DNA of 64,000 nucleotides from Leptolyngbyaceae cyanobacterium. GTDB lineage: Bacteria > Cyanobacteriota > Cyanobacteriia > Phormidesmidales > Phormidesmidaceae. Positions 55,429 to 64,000 of the stretch are shown piece after piece. Numbering within the stretch: position 1 is the first letter of the stretch; every line of letters starts with the position of its first letter. Made by a program: the position numbers and the translations under genes. A model generated the notes under the pieces. That model saw only the letters and a program-made list of their open reading frames with translations, searched no databases and had not been told where the DNA came from. The stretch spans positions 3,871,140 to 3,935,139 of the forward strand of contig CBDHHL010000032.1 of assembly GCA_965263355.1 (NCBI GenBank), given 5' to 3'.

Positions 55429-56211
55429 CTAGTTCACCCCTAAGTGGCAACAATCTATGATCGGAACATTGGCAAGCTCTACCAGACCCACTGACGCTAG
55501 GAGATTGCTCCAGGTTGCTTGCAGCTCTTCATTGTTGGGATCTTGCATGAGATACTCGCCTGACAGTGTGAGGGCATCATGCCAGATTTTGTGCTGGGTA
55601 TAAATCTCATCAATCTGCATAGGCTGAGATTGTGCACTCTCTAACTGTCTGGCCATTTCCGTAGTGGGTGCGATGGTCTCGATGAGCCCTCCAACCGTAT
55701 GGTTTTCGCGAGGGGTGTCTGGATCCATGGTCACTATGAACTGCCAACGGTATATATTTCCTTGTTCGAGAGGATAGTCAATGGGGAAACGAATAATCGT
55801 TGCCTGGTCCTGATTTGTGTCAGAAAGTTTTGTCTCAGTAATCTGAAGGGGGGTTGCCCCAGTCTCATCCAATAACACGAGTTCTACAGAAGATGCCGAC
55901 TGGTACGCTTGAGGCATATATATCCAGACTGTCAGGGACTCAGATACTGTCTGTACCAGGTAAGATTCAGATGGGGTAGCCTCTGATAAAGGTGACCCTG
56001 GCACTAAAGCAATCACTGGCTGTTCAGAAAGTGTTCCTCGACCACCACCAGACTCTCGGTTTGGGGGAATTCCAAGTCTTCCCAACTTTGTAGACGTTTC
56101 ACTATCTCTAGCATACAGAGCACCTGAATTCTGAAGTTCCCCAACGGTAATCTGAACTGGGGAGAGTACTAAGCTGATAGATAGTCCTGTTAATAGCAAT
56201 GTACTCTTCAC
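55429..56211 (-). CDS. DUF928 protein
   Basis: Signal peptide, ESGGGRG, WIYMP, YRWQF, WHDAL, W..LL.SVGL. Confidence 0.85.
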   Translation of the reverse strand: MKSTLLLTGLSISLVLSPVQITVGELQNSGALYARDSETSTKLGRLGIPPNRESGGGRGTLSEQPVIALVPGSPLSEATPSESYLVQTVSESLTVWIYMPQAYQSASSVELVLLDETGATPLQITETKLSDTNQDQATIIRFPIDYPLEQGNIYRWQFIVTMDPDTPRENHTVGGLIETIAPTTEMARQLESAQSQPMQIDEIYTQHKIWHDALTLSGEYLMQDPNNEELQATWSNLLASVGLVELANVPIIDCCHLGVN

Positions 56212-56478
56212 AATAATTTCCCTATCGACATTTATTGAATCAGTCAGGTGAATGAATATTCCTGCAAACCTAGGCTACAGGACTGATTACATTCGATTGC
56301 TGCATAAATCAACTTTTTTCTTTAATTAGCAATTAACAGATTAGCAACTTAGGGCGATGAGTTATTCCTATGGTATAAGACTTTACAAGGAATTAAAATT
56401 TGGGTGCCATTTTCTGAAGAATTCTGCCGATACAAATATTTCTATAGTTCTTGACTTGGGTGAAATATCATCAATAGC

Positions 56479-58821
56479 CTATGCTGAGAATTTTAAATAT
56501 GCCGCAAGTCCACTACTGGTGATAATAGATACTAGAATACAGGGTGCCAAGGGGACCCATCCTCCGGATAACAAAACGATAAAGCAGATTCCTGGCAGGC
56601 TAATAACTGTTACTCCGATGGCGAGACTGCGCCCGAGAACTGTGTGAAATCGCCACAGCGTCAGCCCCCCTAACAGGGACCAACTATAGATCCACAACCA
56701 CTCCAACCAGTCTGGATACCACCAAAGAAACGATCGCTGATCTAACACTGCGCTCAAAATTTGACTGGCCATTTGAGCATGGAGTTCCACCCCTAACATT
56801 TGTTCCGGATACGGACCGTGACTGTAGGGGGTAAGGTGCGAATCTTCGCGCTTACTCAGTCCAATGAGAACGATGCGATCGCTGACCCAGTTGCCCAACT
56901 GATCCTCCACGTCGCCACTCAAAATTGCTTCTAGGGAAACTTGACGAGGGCTCTGAGAACGATAATTAACCAGAATTTGGTATCCATTCGCATCTGCGGG
57001 TGCTAGCTGATATCCCCCAGCCGTATGGGTCAACCTGGGCATTAGGGTTTCTTCTAATTTGAGGGTGTCACTGGCTTGGGCATCAAAGACATATTCTGTG
57101 CCTAAATATGCCATGACTACCTGGGAACTTAACCCATAGGGCGTTGAACAGCCGACGCGGTCAGATGTCATGCCAATTAACTGGCGACGGATAGTCGCAT
57201 TTGGATCGCTTGGAAAATCGGTAAATCCCAGGCGTTCGGGAGGAACTCCAGGGGGACCCGCAATGCCAGTGGGGGCTGCATTCGAGCCACTGACCCGACA
57301 AGGAGCAATAAATTGTGGCATCTCAGTCAACTGCTCAGCCAGTGTCGGCTCGTAGTCAAAATCATGGTAGATATCTAGCGCAATCACCCGAGGCTGATGG
57401 GGCTCTAGTTTCTGCAATAGCTTTGCGAGGGCTGCATCCGATAAAGAGCCTTGTCCGTCCTGGCCGTTTTCTCGTTGATATTGAATATCCGACTCCCCGA
57501 CTGTAATAATTAAAATCCGGTCGTCAGGTGACTCTGTCGGACGCCATCGCAGTAGCTGATCAAACCACCACAGTTCCCAGCTTTGCAACAGCCCCAGGGA
57601 CCTGACACCGACCACTAAACTCGTCACTAAGAAACCGGTAACTGTAATCTGCCACCAACCCAGCTGTCGAGATGGCCTAGAGGCTGATTTGGTTACAGAC
57701 TCTAAGGTTGGTTCCGACAGTCCTATGACCCTTGGCGTGTTGGGATGCTGAAAAATAACTGGCAACCAGCCACAGCCTGGGTATTTATAATTCCAGGCAT
57801 CTTCCAACTGTTGTCTGGCCTTATGTACCGAGGTTGGCAGTGCAGTCTCTGGTTGGAAGGTGGTCAAAAAAAAACGCAAAAAATCCTGAGCTACTTCGTC
57901 CGGCACGGGCTCACGCATGACAATACTACGGGGGAGGCTGAGCTGAGCTAACTGATTGGCCAGTTTTAGGCCATCGCAGGAGTTAAAAATGGCCAGCTGC
58001 AGTCCCTGGGAAATCGCTTGCTGAATACCATGCTTAAAGTCTCGACTGGGTTCTAGTTGGGTCTCCTGATTGATACCAATCAAGCCTGCACCACTATGTC
58101 CCCCAAAATAAAGAATATCCCAGCCCTGCTTATTCCAAAGGGTATCCAAAAAGGTTTGCCGATCAGGTTGCTCAAGCCATTGAATATCAGCTCTTGACCT
58201 ATTTAATTCGGTCAGTCTCTGGCGATCTACCTGGAGATCAATCTGATCACTGTCACCTAATATGACTAATATTCTCAACCGCTGTCGCTTTCGTGCCTTA
58301 GGGGTAGGCTGGCGAATGTTGAGCGGGCTGAAGATGACTTCAGTGGTGGCCAAAGAGCGATCCAGCACATCCCAGGCAGACCAGGGGAGCTGCTGAAGTA
58401 ACCGGTCATCTGTTTGGACAAAAAATTGGTTCTCTTTGTCCTGACCCAGGGTTTGTAGAATGCGATCGCGAATTTTTTGCCAACCGGGAGACCCAAAATT
58501 GAGCCATGTATTCAATTCCTCAACCAGCACCTGGGCTTTTTCTGGCCAGGAAAATCGTGTTTCAGACTTAAAAAGTATCCGATGGGCTCTAGACTCTGAC
58601 AGTTTCTGATAGGGCAACTGCCAGCTTTGGAGAGCAGTCTGTAGCGTCGAAGGCATTAATGGAAGTAATCCAACCGTCTGGCTAACTTCGTCGGAGATTT
58701 GTCCGCTAGCTTTATTTATGCGGACATTCAAACTAACCGGGTAGCCTTTCTCACTTTTTTCCAAAAGTGTCAGAACAATGGACCTTGCCATATCATTGCT
58801 GTTCTGCCGGGTGGAAGCCAC
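56479..58821 (-). CDS. CHAT plus CHASE2 domain membrane sensor
   Basis: YFGGHS and FNSCDG dyad, MREPVPD, TM, DDRILII, GVELHAQ..SQI, three C-terminal TMs. Confidence 0.9.
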   Translation of the reverse strand: MASTRQNSNDMARSIVLTLLEKSEKGYPVSLNVRINKASGQISDEVSQTVGLLPLMPSTLQTALQSWQLPYQKLSESRAHRILFKSETRFSWPEKAQVLVEELNTWLNFGSPGWQKIRDRILQTLGQDKENQFFVQTDDRLLQQLPWSAWDVLDRSLATTEVIFSPLNIRQPTPKARKRQRLRILVILGDSDQIDLQVDRQRLTELNRSRADIQWLEQPDRQTFLDTLWNKQGWDILYFGGHSGAGLIGINQETQLEPSRDFKHGIQQAISQGLQLAIFNSCDGLKLANQLAQLSLPRSIVMREPVPDEVAQDFLRFFLTTFQPETALPTSVHKARQQLEDAWNYKYPGCGWLPVIFQHPNTPRVIGLSEPTLESVTKSASRPSRQLGWWQITVTGFLVTSLVVGVRSLGLLQSWELWWFDQLLRWRPTESPDDRILIITVGESDIQYQRENGQDGQGSLSDAALAKLLQKLEPHQPRVIALDIYHDFDYEPTLAEQLTEMPQFIAPCRVSGSNAAPTGIAGPPGVPPERLGFTDFPSDPNATIRRQLIGMTSDRVGCSTPYGLSSQVVMAYLGTEYVFDAQASDTLKLEETLMPRLTHTAGGYQLAPADANGYQILVNYRSQSPRQVSLEAILSGDVEDQLGNWVSDRIVLIGLSKREDSHLTPYSHGPYPEQMLGVELHAQMASQILSAVLDQRSFLWWYPDWLEWLWIYSWSLLGGLTLWRFHTVLGRSLAIGVTVISLPGICFIVLLSGGWVPLAPCILVSIITSSGLAAYLKFSA

Positions 58822-59717
58822 TAAACGATAAAATCTTCTGTGATGATAACATCATCAATCTGAAGCTTAACCTTAAATTCCTCTTCTGGCTCGCTAATAA
58901 TCTCTAGCTGTATCCAGTTATCTTGCTTCATTGCTTCAACCGCTTTATGTAGACCGCTGACAGGATCCATTACAGCTAGTTGCAATCCAGTAGGTAGATA
59001 AACGTCATCCTGAGCAGGATGAACCTGAATGGTAATTCCAGTTGCTGCTTGTTTCTGAGGGGTGAGCCGTACAATAAGCTGTACGGTGGGCACAGCGGGT
59101 TGAGTTCCCAGCCTGATGCTTTTTGCTCGGCTAATGGTATGGCTCGCCTCATCTGTTGACAGCGTTCTGGCAAAGGCTAATGCTGGTGGTTGCCATAGAT
59201 TGCTAAAATTACCCTGCAGCCATTCTCTCAAACGCACTGGCTCCTTTGTCTGCAAAGACAAGATTGGAGCCCCTGCCAGCTCTGTGAGTAGCCCCTCACG
59301 GTACAAGTATTCCATCCGTTCAAAACCTTCTAGAGACCCTTCTAGAACGAATATCAGACTTCCCTTATCAATTCTTCGTATACTCAAGTTCGCATCCCCC
59401 GTATGGTTTTTTAGCAGTTCGAATATAGCTTCCTTAAGAGCATCGTCTGCTTCTACCGTCAGCTCCCATTGAGTAGATACAGCGGGAGTTGCTGTTCCTC
59501 GATCAACAACTTCCTCCCAATTTGCACCTACGGCCTGGCAGATCTTGATAAAGGTGTCTTGCTGAATAGGCGTTCCCCGTCTAAATCGTGTCAGTGTTTT
59601 TGGAGACGTATACGCCGCTTCACACCATCTAGGATCAGTCGCTCTCCACCCCTTCTCGCACCTTAGTTGTTCAACTTTTTCCAGTCCTTCCCGCGAAGCT
59701 TTCAGAGAAACTGCCAT
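58821..59717 (-). CDS. N-terminal HTH plus DUF1822-type C-terminal domain protein
   Basis: TLTRF..FIKICQAVGANWEEV HTH; RAKSIRL, QVHP..YLP.GL, DNWIQL, TEDF. Confidence 0.75.
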   Translation of the reverse strand: MAVSLKASREGLEKVEQLRCEKGWRATDPRWCEAAYTSPKTLTRFRRGTPIQQDTFIKICQAVGANWEEVVDRGTATPAVSTQWELTVEADDALKEAIFELLKNHTGDANLSIRRIDKGSLIFVLEGSLEGFERMEYLYREGLLTELAGAPILSLQTKEPVRLREWLQGNFSNLWQPPALAFARTLSTDEASHTISRAKSIRLGTQPAVPTVQLIVRLTPQKQAATGITIQVHPAQDDVYLPTGLQLAVMDPVSGLHKAVEAMKQDNWIQLEIISEPEEEFKVKLQIDDVIITEDFIV

Positions 59718-59770
59718 AAGCCTATTTTTAATAAAATTTTACTATTTACATGGTGTCAAAACACTACCAG

Positions 59771-59845
59771 TTATGAGTCACTTTCTTAAAACAGTTAATA
59801 ATCACTTAAATTAATAGTCACCTAAAAAGTGGTCTAAAAAGTGGT
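59771..59845. repeat. Tandem direct repeats upstream of the HTH-DUF1822 gene
   Basis: TTAATAnTCACnTAAA x2 (59795-59826) and CTAAAAAGTGGT x2 (59822-59845). Confidence 0.6.
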
Positions 59846-60136
59846 TTCCTTATCTAGAGCTTTTTTCGGTAGATTTTAGTTGTTGGGATCAGATTGAGTT
59901 GTTTTTCACATCTGAGGGAATCCATAGGGTGATTGACTATCAAAGCATTTGAATTGTCTTGCGCCTAACTCTGAGTCGGCTCAGGAGTAATGGCAACAAT
60001 ACTTGAGATTGATAACGAGTTTCCTCAGATTGGTGGAAAATTGACCTTGCTTTTTAAGCAACTAGCATGATTAGAAGAAGGACTGATAACACTCGTATCT
60101 TCCACGCTATTAGATCAGTATATTAAGTCAGTAAAT

Positions 60137-61075
60137 ATGTCACTTAGATATAAGTTCAAAATTGTTTGTGGGCTACACCGAAGCGGAACAACATATACAG
60201 GCAATATTTTGTCGAAAAATGGCTCTGTTCAAATCATTCATGAACCTTGTAGCCCTCATTGGGGTATGAAAGATGTGCAAAAAACCTATTCCTACTTAGA
60301 TCTATCAGAGCAGAATGAGCAAGAGATGAAAGCGTTGATGGACGATATCTTACACTTTCGTTCTCAGTGGGGTAGGAAGCCGCCTTGGAAGATTAAACCA
60401 GTTTCTGAATTTAGCTACAGAATGTGGGGAGGTCCCTTAGGTATAACCTGGTCAAAGTTAAGGATGAGACATCTACTGAATGCATTGCCATCTAATGTTT
60501 GTTGGAAAGACCCTTTTGTAACATTTGCATTGGATTACCTATTGCCAGAATATAATGCTCAGGCTATCTGTATGATTCGCCATCCTGGTTCTCTTTGGTA
60601 TAGCAATCGTAAATTAGATTGGTCTTTTGATATCAATATATTGCTGAATCAAAAACGGTTGATTGAGCAGTATGGAATGGATATTCCAGATAAGCATTGG
60701 CAAGCAGCGGCCTCTAATCCTTTGGTAAGCCTTGCTCTTTTGTGGAAAGTTATGGCTAGGCTAATTTCCGCTCAAGAGAAGACACAATCTGCATTGCTTA
60801 CTGTTAGGCATGAAGATCTCTGCGTTCAACCTCTAGACGTGACTGAGAAAATTTGCAAGCATCTCAATCTTGATTTTGAACATGGAATGAGGCAGTACAT
60901 CAAGCAAACCAGTTCTGGTACTCAAATAGAACCGTCAAAGGGGGTAATGCATTCGTTTACCCGAGATAGCAAAAGTATTATTAACGCTTGGAGAGATAAA
61001 GTAACGGCAGAAGAGGAAAAAGCTATTCGAGATGTGATTGGTGATGATCTCAAAAGATTTTATGATACCTGGTAA
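60137..61075 (+). CDS. Sulfotransferase family protein
   Basis: GLHRSGTT, HEP, KDP, IRHP, VRHEDL. Confidence 0.85.
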   Translation: MSLRYKFKIVCGLHRSGTTYTGNILSKNGSVQIIHEPCSPHWGMKDVQKTYSYLDLSEQNEQEMKALMDDILHFRSQWGRKPPWKIKPVSEFSYRMWGGPLGITWSKLRMRHLLNALPSNVCWKDPFVTFALDYLLPEYNAQAICMIRHPGSLWYSNRKLDWSFDINILLNQKRLIEQYGMDIPDKHWQAAASNPLVSLALLWKVMARLISAQEKTQSALLTVRHEDLCVQPLDVTEKICKHLNLDFEHGMRQYIKQTSSGTQIEPSKGVMHSFTRDSKSIINAWRDKVTAEEEKAIRDVIGDDLKRFYDTW

Positions 61076-61111
61076 AGAAATCTTTATCTGATCCTCAGAT
61101 TTGTCCTCAGC

Positions 61112-61658
61112 TTTTCCCCAGCTTGAGATAAGTTTTCCACAGATCACTACCAACCCTGGGGATATTATTTCGATACATTGGGATTTAACAACAAAAAGCG
61201 TATACTGCTTATCTCGCAGGCTCCTGGCAATCTTGTCAGGTTTTTTGTCATAGCAGATCGGTAAATTGGTATCCGTACAGTTTGTTTGGAACGGTATCAA
61301 TTTTACAAGAATATTTTTATATATTTTAAGCGTTGACTTTTATCTATAGTTTAACAACTTCAGCAAAAAGCTGTCGTTGGAGAAATGGGGCATTACACAG
61401 ATACATATGACGTTTTTACGTACATCAACCCCTCAAAATTCTTGAGTGTATTTAAAGATACTTGAAAGTATACAGAGCTTATTCTGCAAGGGTTAGCGGC
61501 TTTAAAGTCCGGTCCCCAGTCGCGGCAGGATGGAAAAATATATTTCTTAATAGAAAATAACGTTTTCCACAGAACTTTCCACAGGTTTTCCACAGCTTGG
61601 GTTAAGTTCTCCCCAGGTGGTAACCACAGCTGTATAACTTCAAAAGTTCTGTGGAAAA
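61112..61658. promoter_or_regulatory. DnaA-box cluster (oriC-like or DnaA-titrating locus)
   Basis: TTTTCCACA at 61133, 61563, 61586; TGTGGAAAA at 61650; variants at 61112, 61575, 61607, 61620; AT-rich stretch near 61310-61330. Confidence 0.7.
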
Positions 61659-61997
61659 CGTTCTAGTTAATGAGATCCATTCTGTTGAGTAACTGCATGT
61701 AACGAAAATTACGGCTCAACCCTGATCGTTTCGTAGGTCGAAAATCGTTGTTAGAAAAACATAAAGAGTTGGGACCATTGCGAATTTCTGAAAGCTCTTG
61801 CACAATTTAGGTCCACTGGCTTTCGTGCCTTTGTAATTCTTCTCCTTGCCATGGCGTTAAGGGTGCAACTGACGTGTTTGTTAGTAATCAACAGGTAAGG
61901 AGCAAAACCACATCTAAGTTGAAACCTATAGGTTGCTGCTTTTTAGGGAAAAGTCCAATTCTAGACGTGGCCAAGATTTAATTATTAGGCACCAGTT

Positions 61998-62249
61998 TTG
62001 TCATGCTTATGTGTAGAAGGAGCTTTAAAAGCGATGACTCCAGTTACAGTCCCCGTCACTGTTAGCCTCATGGTAGAGATTCCTGAAGACCTACATCTTT
62101 CCATCAAAGACTATTTAGATACCCATGAAATGTGGAGTCAGGAACGGATGATGCAAGCTGCTTTATCGTTGTTTCTGTTACAGAATGGCGTTAACCACCC
62201 CCATGTGAATAGTCTCTATCTGGATAGCTTATTTGGCTGTGCTGTATAG
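61998..62249 (+). CDS. DUF2811-family protein (start likely 62034)
   Basis: EIPEDLH....YLD.H..W.Q.R...AALSLFLLQNG. Confidence 0.8.
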   Translation: MSCLCVEGALKAMTPVTVPVTVSLMVEIPEDLHLSIKDYLDTHEMWSQERMMQAALSLFLLQNGVNHPHVNSLYLDSLFGCAV

Positions 62250-62317
62250 GAAACAATTGCAAGCTTTCACATGCCTCAAATGGTCTAGGTAAACCCTTGA
62301 TTGATCACAAGTAAGTG

Positions 62318-62360
62318 AATGGCCGTACTGTCAAGCATGATGGTATGGCCATTTATTTTG
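62318..62360 (+). terminator. Intrinsic terminator
   Basis: AATGGCCGTACTGTCA..TGATGGTATGGCCATT followed by T-rich tail. Confidence 0.65.
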
Positions 62361-62497
62361 TAGCATTGGTCACATTGGTTAAACAATTCATATCCCTGGC
62401 AAGCGTTAAACTACAAAGCCAATGCGACGCACAAACGCCTTAATGCATCAGGACGTTAGCTATGTGTGTGCTGTGATGAACATCTTGAAGGGAGCCG

Positions 62498-63682
62498 ATG
62501 GAAACATTTGACTGGATTGTGATTGGCAATGGCTTAGCTGGTGCCACACTTAGCTATGAGCTGGCAAAACTAGGGGTATCGGTCCTATTAGTAGATAATG
62601 ACAACCCAGATAGTGCTACCCGCTGCAGCTACGGGGGAATTGCCTATTGGTCTGGGACCAACACTATTACTAAAGCCCTATGTGCACAGGGTATTGAACG
62701 TCATCGTCAGCTATCGGATGAACTGGGTGCAACGACTGAGTTTAGGGAGTTAGATTTATTACTTACCTTTGCACCAGATGTGGATGGGGCTGATTTGATG
62801 GAGCCGTTTAGGCGGTTTGCGATCGCACCCCAACTTATCTCTCCTAAAACCGCCCATGACCTCGAGCCCCAGCTTCAGGTTGACGCCATTGGGGGCGCGT
62901 TTACGATTAAACATGGCCATGTCAACCCGATGAAAACGTTAGCAGCCTTTAACCAGGCGTTTCAGCGATTGGGAGGACAACAGATACTGGCATCTGTCAC
63001 TGGTTTAGTCCGTATTAACAATCGAGTCACTGGCATTACCACCCCCACCCAAGCCTATGCCGCAGGCAATGTTGTTGTCGCCGCAGGTGGCTATAGCCGT
63101 AGGCTGCTAAAAAATGCTTATCTTTCTGTACCGCTTTACCATACCCACGCTGAAATTGTTACCTTACCCAAGGTTGAACAACCCTTACGGACACTGATTA
63201 TGCCAGCGATGGCCAATCGCTTTGAGGCAGAAGCTACGGCCAGTGATCCAGCTACCGATAGCCTTTGGGATGGACCGCCCCAGGAGATCGCACCGCCAAT
63301 TTTAGATACAGGCGTGATTCAGTTTTTAGACGGGACAACCTACATTGGTCAAGTTAGCCGGTTTCGCACCGACCTGGATGCCACCTCTATTGACGCTATC
63401 CAAAGTGAAGCCAGTATACGTCAAGGAATTACGGCTCAGCTGCCCTGTTTACAGGATCTTCCGGGCCACTGGCGACATTGTTTAGTCACGTTTAGCCGCG
63501 ACGGACTGCCGCTGATTGGCCCTCTACCTGAGGTGGATGGACTATACCTGTTTTCTGGCTTTACGAGCCCGTTTGCAATGCTCCTGCCAGTTGCTCAACA
63601 GTTTGTTCAATGGCTCGGTGCAGAAAAGCCATCAGATAGCCTGATCGAACCAATGTTAATCACACGTTTCAATCAAGCCTAA
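62498..63682 (+). CDS. FAD-dependent oxidoreductase (DAO family)
   Basis: IVIGNGLAG Rossmann motif, VVAAGG, DGLPLIG. Confidence 0.88.
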   Translation: METFDWIVIGNGLAGATLSYELAKLGVSVLLVDNDNPDSATRCSYGGIAYWSGTNTITKALCAQGIERHRQLSDELGATTEFRELDLLLTFAPDVDGADLMEPFRRFAIAPQLISPKTAHDLEPQLQVDAIGGAFTIKHGHVNPMKTLAAFNQAFQRLGGQQILASVTGLVRINNRVTGITTPTQAYAAGNVVVAAGGYSRRLLKNAYLSVPLYHTHAEIVTLPKVEQPLRTLIMPAMANRFEAEATASDPATDSLWDGPPQEIAPPILDTGVIQFLDGTTYIGQVSRFRTDLDATSIDAIQSEASIRQGITAQLPCLQDLPGHWRHCLVTFSRDGLPLIGPLPEVDGLYLFSGFTSPFAMLLPVAQQFVQWLGAEKPSDSLIEPMLITRFNQA

Positions 63683-63694
63683 TAGAGATATCAA

Positions 63695-63829
63695 CTAGTA
63701 GTCTGTCAAGCCTAAGATTTCCAGTAAGACGGGTAAAGAGTAAAGAGTTTAAAGGGATGAAGAGCCACTCTTTACCCGTTACCCTTTATCAGTAACCAAC
63801 CCAAATTTTTAGCTTTGACGATGCACTAG
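63695..63829. mobile_element. MITE-like element with CTAG ends, copy 2 (inverted)
   Basis: Reverse complement aligns with 11060-11193. Confidence 0.7.
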
Positions 63830-63833
63830 GTCA

Positions 63834-63881
63834 GAATTCCAAACTCCGAACTCCAAACTCCGAACCCCGAATTCCGAACTC
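63834..63881. repeat. Heptamer tandem repeat (AACTCCG-type)
   Basis: About six imperfect units; reverse complement of the 55345 repeat. Confidence 0.75.
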
Positions 63882-64000
63882 AGTCCACTTTACGTTAATA
63901 CCCCTGACTGTATTAATTGCTGCTTTTGTCTATGGTCGATACGCTTACTATAGAAAATAGGCTATGATCTTGAAGACAGCAGGGCTGTAACTCCCACTGC

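Noticed and set aside
56357..56647. 96-aa plus-strand ORF
   Set aside because: Mostly antisense to the CHASE2 gene 3' end, with no motif.
61393..61593. 66-aa ORF in the DnaA-box region
   Set aside because: Its N-terminus is simply translated DnaA boxes; probably non-coding.
55345..63881. Short repeat arrays as CRISPR
   Set aside because: They are 7-bp tandem units without spacers, and no cas genes are present.

Overview
Chromosomal window from a cyanobacterium, probably a filamentous Leptolyngbya-like strain (HIP1 GCGATCGC sites, hetZ/patU, OCP, nblA). 1-12.5 kb looks like core genome: hetZ-patU, a transglutaminase-like membrane protein, argD, recF and tRNA-Gln(TTG). The tRNA 3' half recurs at 16147-16193, enclosing a 3.6-kb integrase-less element with three PD-(D/E)XK nuclease-like genes and a 132-bp duplication bounded by HIP1 sites. 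From about 16.2 to 48.8 kb is a large accessory region with pseudogenes at both edges. Its core (22.4-43.2 kb, almost all minus strand) is a photoprotection/proteostasis cluster: GroEL, FtsH and ClpC paralogues, a prohibitin, two NblA, an Hlip, Psb34, an OCP2-type orange carotenoid protein, two fasciclins, a Na+/H+ antiporter and a sterol-desaturase-like protein. A fatty acid desaturase and two RRM proteins lie at its flanks, and two pairs of paralogous microproteins are missed by the ORF track. 49-59.7 kb is an FHA/CHAT/DUF928/CHASE2/DUF1822 cluster. 61.1-61.7 kb holds a DnaA-box cluster with no dnaA or dnaN nearby. All calls come from motif recognition by eye; no database searches were run.
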